From: an uncultured Gammaproteobacteria bacterium
GTDB lineage: Bacteria > Patescibacteriota > Microgenomatia > UBA10105
Length of the DNA: 39,304 nt
Assembly (NCBI GenBank): GCA_964387625.1
Contig: CAYLWN010000002.1
Span: forward strand, 39,120 to 78,423
Reading direction: 5' to 3'
Shown: positions 38,486 to 39,304 of the stretch, piece by piece
Numbering within the stretch: the first letter of the stretch is position 1
How the letters are laid out: each line of letters starts with the position of its first letter
Notes under the pieces: model-generated
The model's input: the letters and a program-made list of their open reading frames with translations, nothing else
Database searches by the model: none
Told to the model about the DNA's origin: nothing
Program-made: the position numbers and the translations under genes

Positions 38486-39097
38486 ATGAAGATGCTAAGA
38501 TTTATGAGAAATTCAATAATCCAGAATCCCTGCCTCGCCGGCAGGCAGGCAGAATCCACCCGCCTGCCATCGCTATGCTCAAGCATTAGCGGGCAGGGAA
38601 TCACTAGAGTTGGTTTTACCTTGGTTGAGACTTTGGTTACACTTGTTTTAATAGGAACAATTGGTTTAATTGCTTCAATTTCTTTGTTTAATTTGTTATC
38701 AGGAAGTGCAAAAACCGAAATTGTTAAAGAAATCAAACAAAATGGAGACTACGCCTTATCAACAATGGAGCAAAATATTAGAAATGCAACTGATGTGTAT
38801 TATTTAGTAGGAGGTGTAAAAACATGTGCAGGTACATCTATCGACCTTTACATTATTCAACCTTCACAACCTGCAACACCGATTCATTATTCCTGTTCTT
38901 CTGGAAGTTTATATGTTGATGGAAATAGTTTGACTAGTGATAAAGTTGTCGTTAATCCCTGCACAGGAGTTTTTACCTGCAATAAGGATGTTAATGGTTT
39001 ATATAAAAATGTAATTATTAATTTTGTTTTGGAAGACGCACAAAACTCATCTGTCAGTCAGACATATAAAACAGAAATCAGGTTGCGAAATAAGTAA
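38486..39097 (+). CDS. Minor pilin (PilW/PulJ-like) with a leader lengthened by two palindromic insertions
   Basis: VG|FTLVETLVTLVLIG, IRNA and C-terminal LRN. The start could be ATG 38504. Confidence 0.88.
   Translation: MKMLRFMRNSIIQNPCLAGRQAESTRLPSLCSSISGQGITRVGFTLVETLVTLVLIGTIGLIASISLFNLLSGSAKTEIVKEIKQNGDYALSTMEQNIRNATDVYYLVGGVKTCAGTSIDLYIIQPSQPATPIHYSCSSGSLYVDGNSLTSDKVVVNPCTGVFTCNKDVNGLYKNVIINFVLEDAQNSSVSQTYKTEIRLRNK
38529..38597. repeat. Two CC(T/C)G...CAGG elements (21 bp and 39 bp) within a (CCAGAAT)3 array
   Basis: cctgcct-cgccggc-aggcagg (38529-38549) and cccgcctgc-N21-gcgggcagg (38559-38597). Confidence 0.92.
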
Positions 39098-39099
39098 AA

Positions 39100-39161
39100 C
39101 CCTTCCATACGCTACTCTTACTTAGGGAATAAGATACTATTGTCTGAGCGTAGTCGAAGAC
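39100..39161. repeat. Pair of CTGAGC/GTCGAAG-family REP units
   Basis: Degenerate cccttccatacg...cttagggaata, then gtctgagcgtagtcgaagac (39142-39161). Confidence 0.6.
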
Positions 39162-39304
39162 TTATCATAAAAAATTTCACTTATTATTAATTTAAAAGCT
39201 AATAATATCGCATTAATGAATACCTGTAAATCATACTTAAAAGATTTTTTAGAAATATATTTTAAATCACTTTTCATCCAATTATCAAATGAATTTTGAT
39301 GATA

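Overview
AT-rich bacterial chromosomal segment. Gene content and style suggest Patescibacteria/CPR, probably Microgenomates (inference from the short HolB, the type IV pilus locus, AAAGGGG(G)TGA ribosome-binding sites and many near-leaderless genes). Gene order: lgt-like, DksA/TraR, RluA-family pseudouridine synthase, Kef-type antiporter, tgt, LytR_C protein, TPR protein, yebC, a membrane protein, a 1.24-kb ORF-free region, a TIM-barrel protein, a Xer recombinase, a REP-associated Y1 (HUH) transposase (RAYT), folD, gyrA, a membrane pyrophosphatase, gyrB, holB, then a type IV pilus locus (pilB, pilT, pilC, pilins, pilD) interrupted by a 5-gene glycosylation cassette. The strongest signals are below gene scale. 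(1) A family of tiny GC-rich CC(T/C)G...CAGG palindromes (18-54 bp) lies in frame inside rluA, xer and a pilin leader. Four of the five clear copies interrupt 7-bp tandem repeats that are restored when the element is deleted, with no target duplication. (2) Several other REP/REPIN-like families are also translated inside tgt and pilD, and a RAYT flanked by its own 15-bp palindromes lies in the same window. (3) A near-perfectly symmetric dif-like site (13-6-13) in the non-coding gap has arms that recur about five times over the xer promoter, suggesting a single-Xer system that regulates itself. All family assignments come from motif recognition, not database searches.
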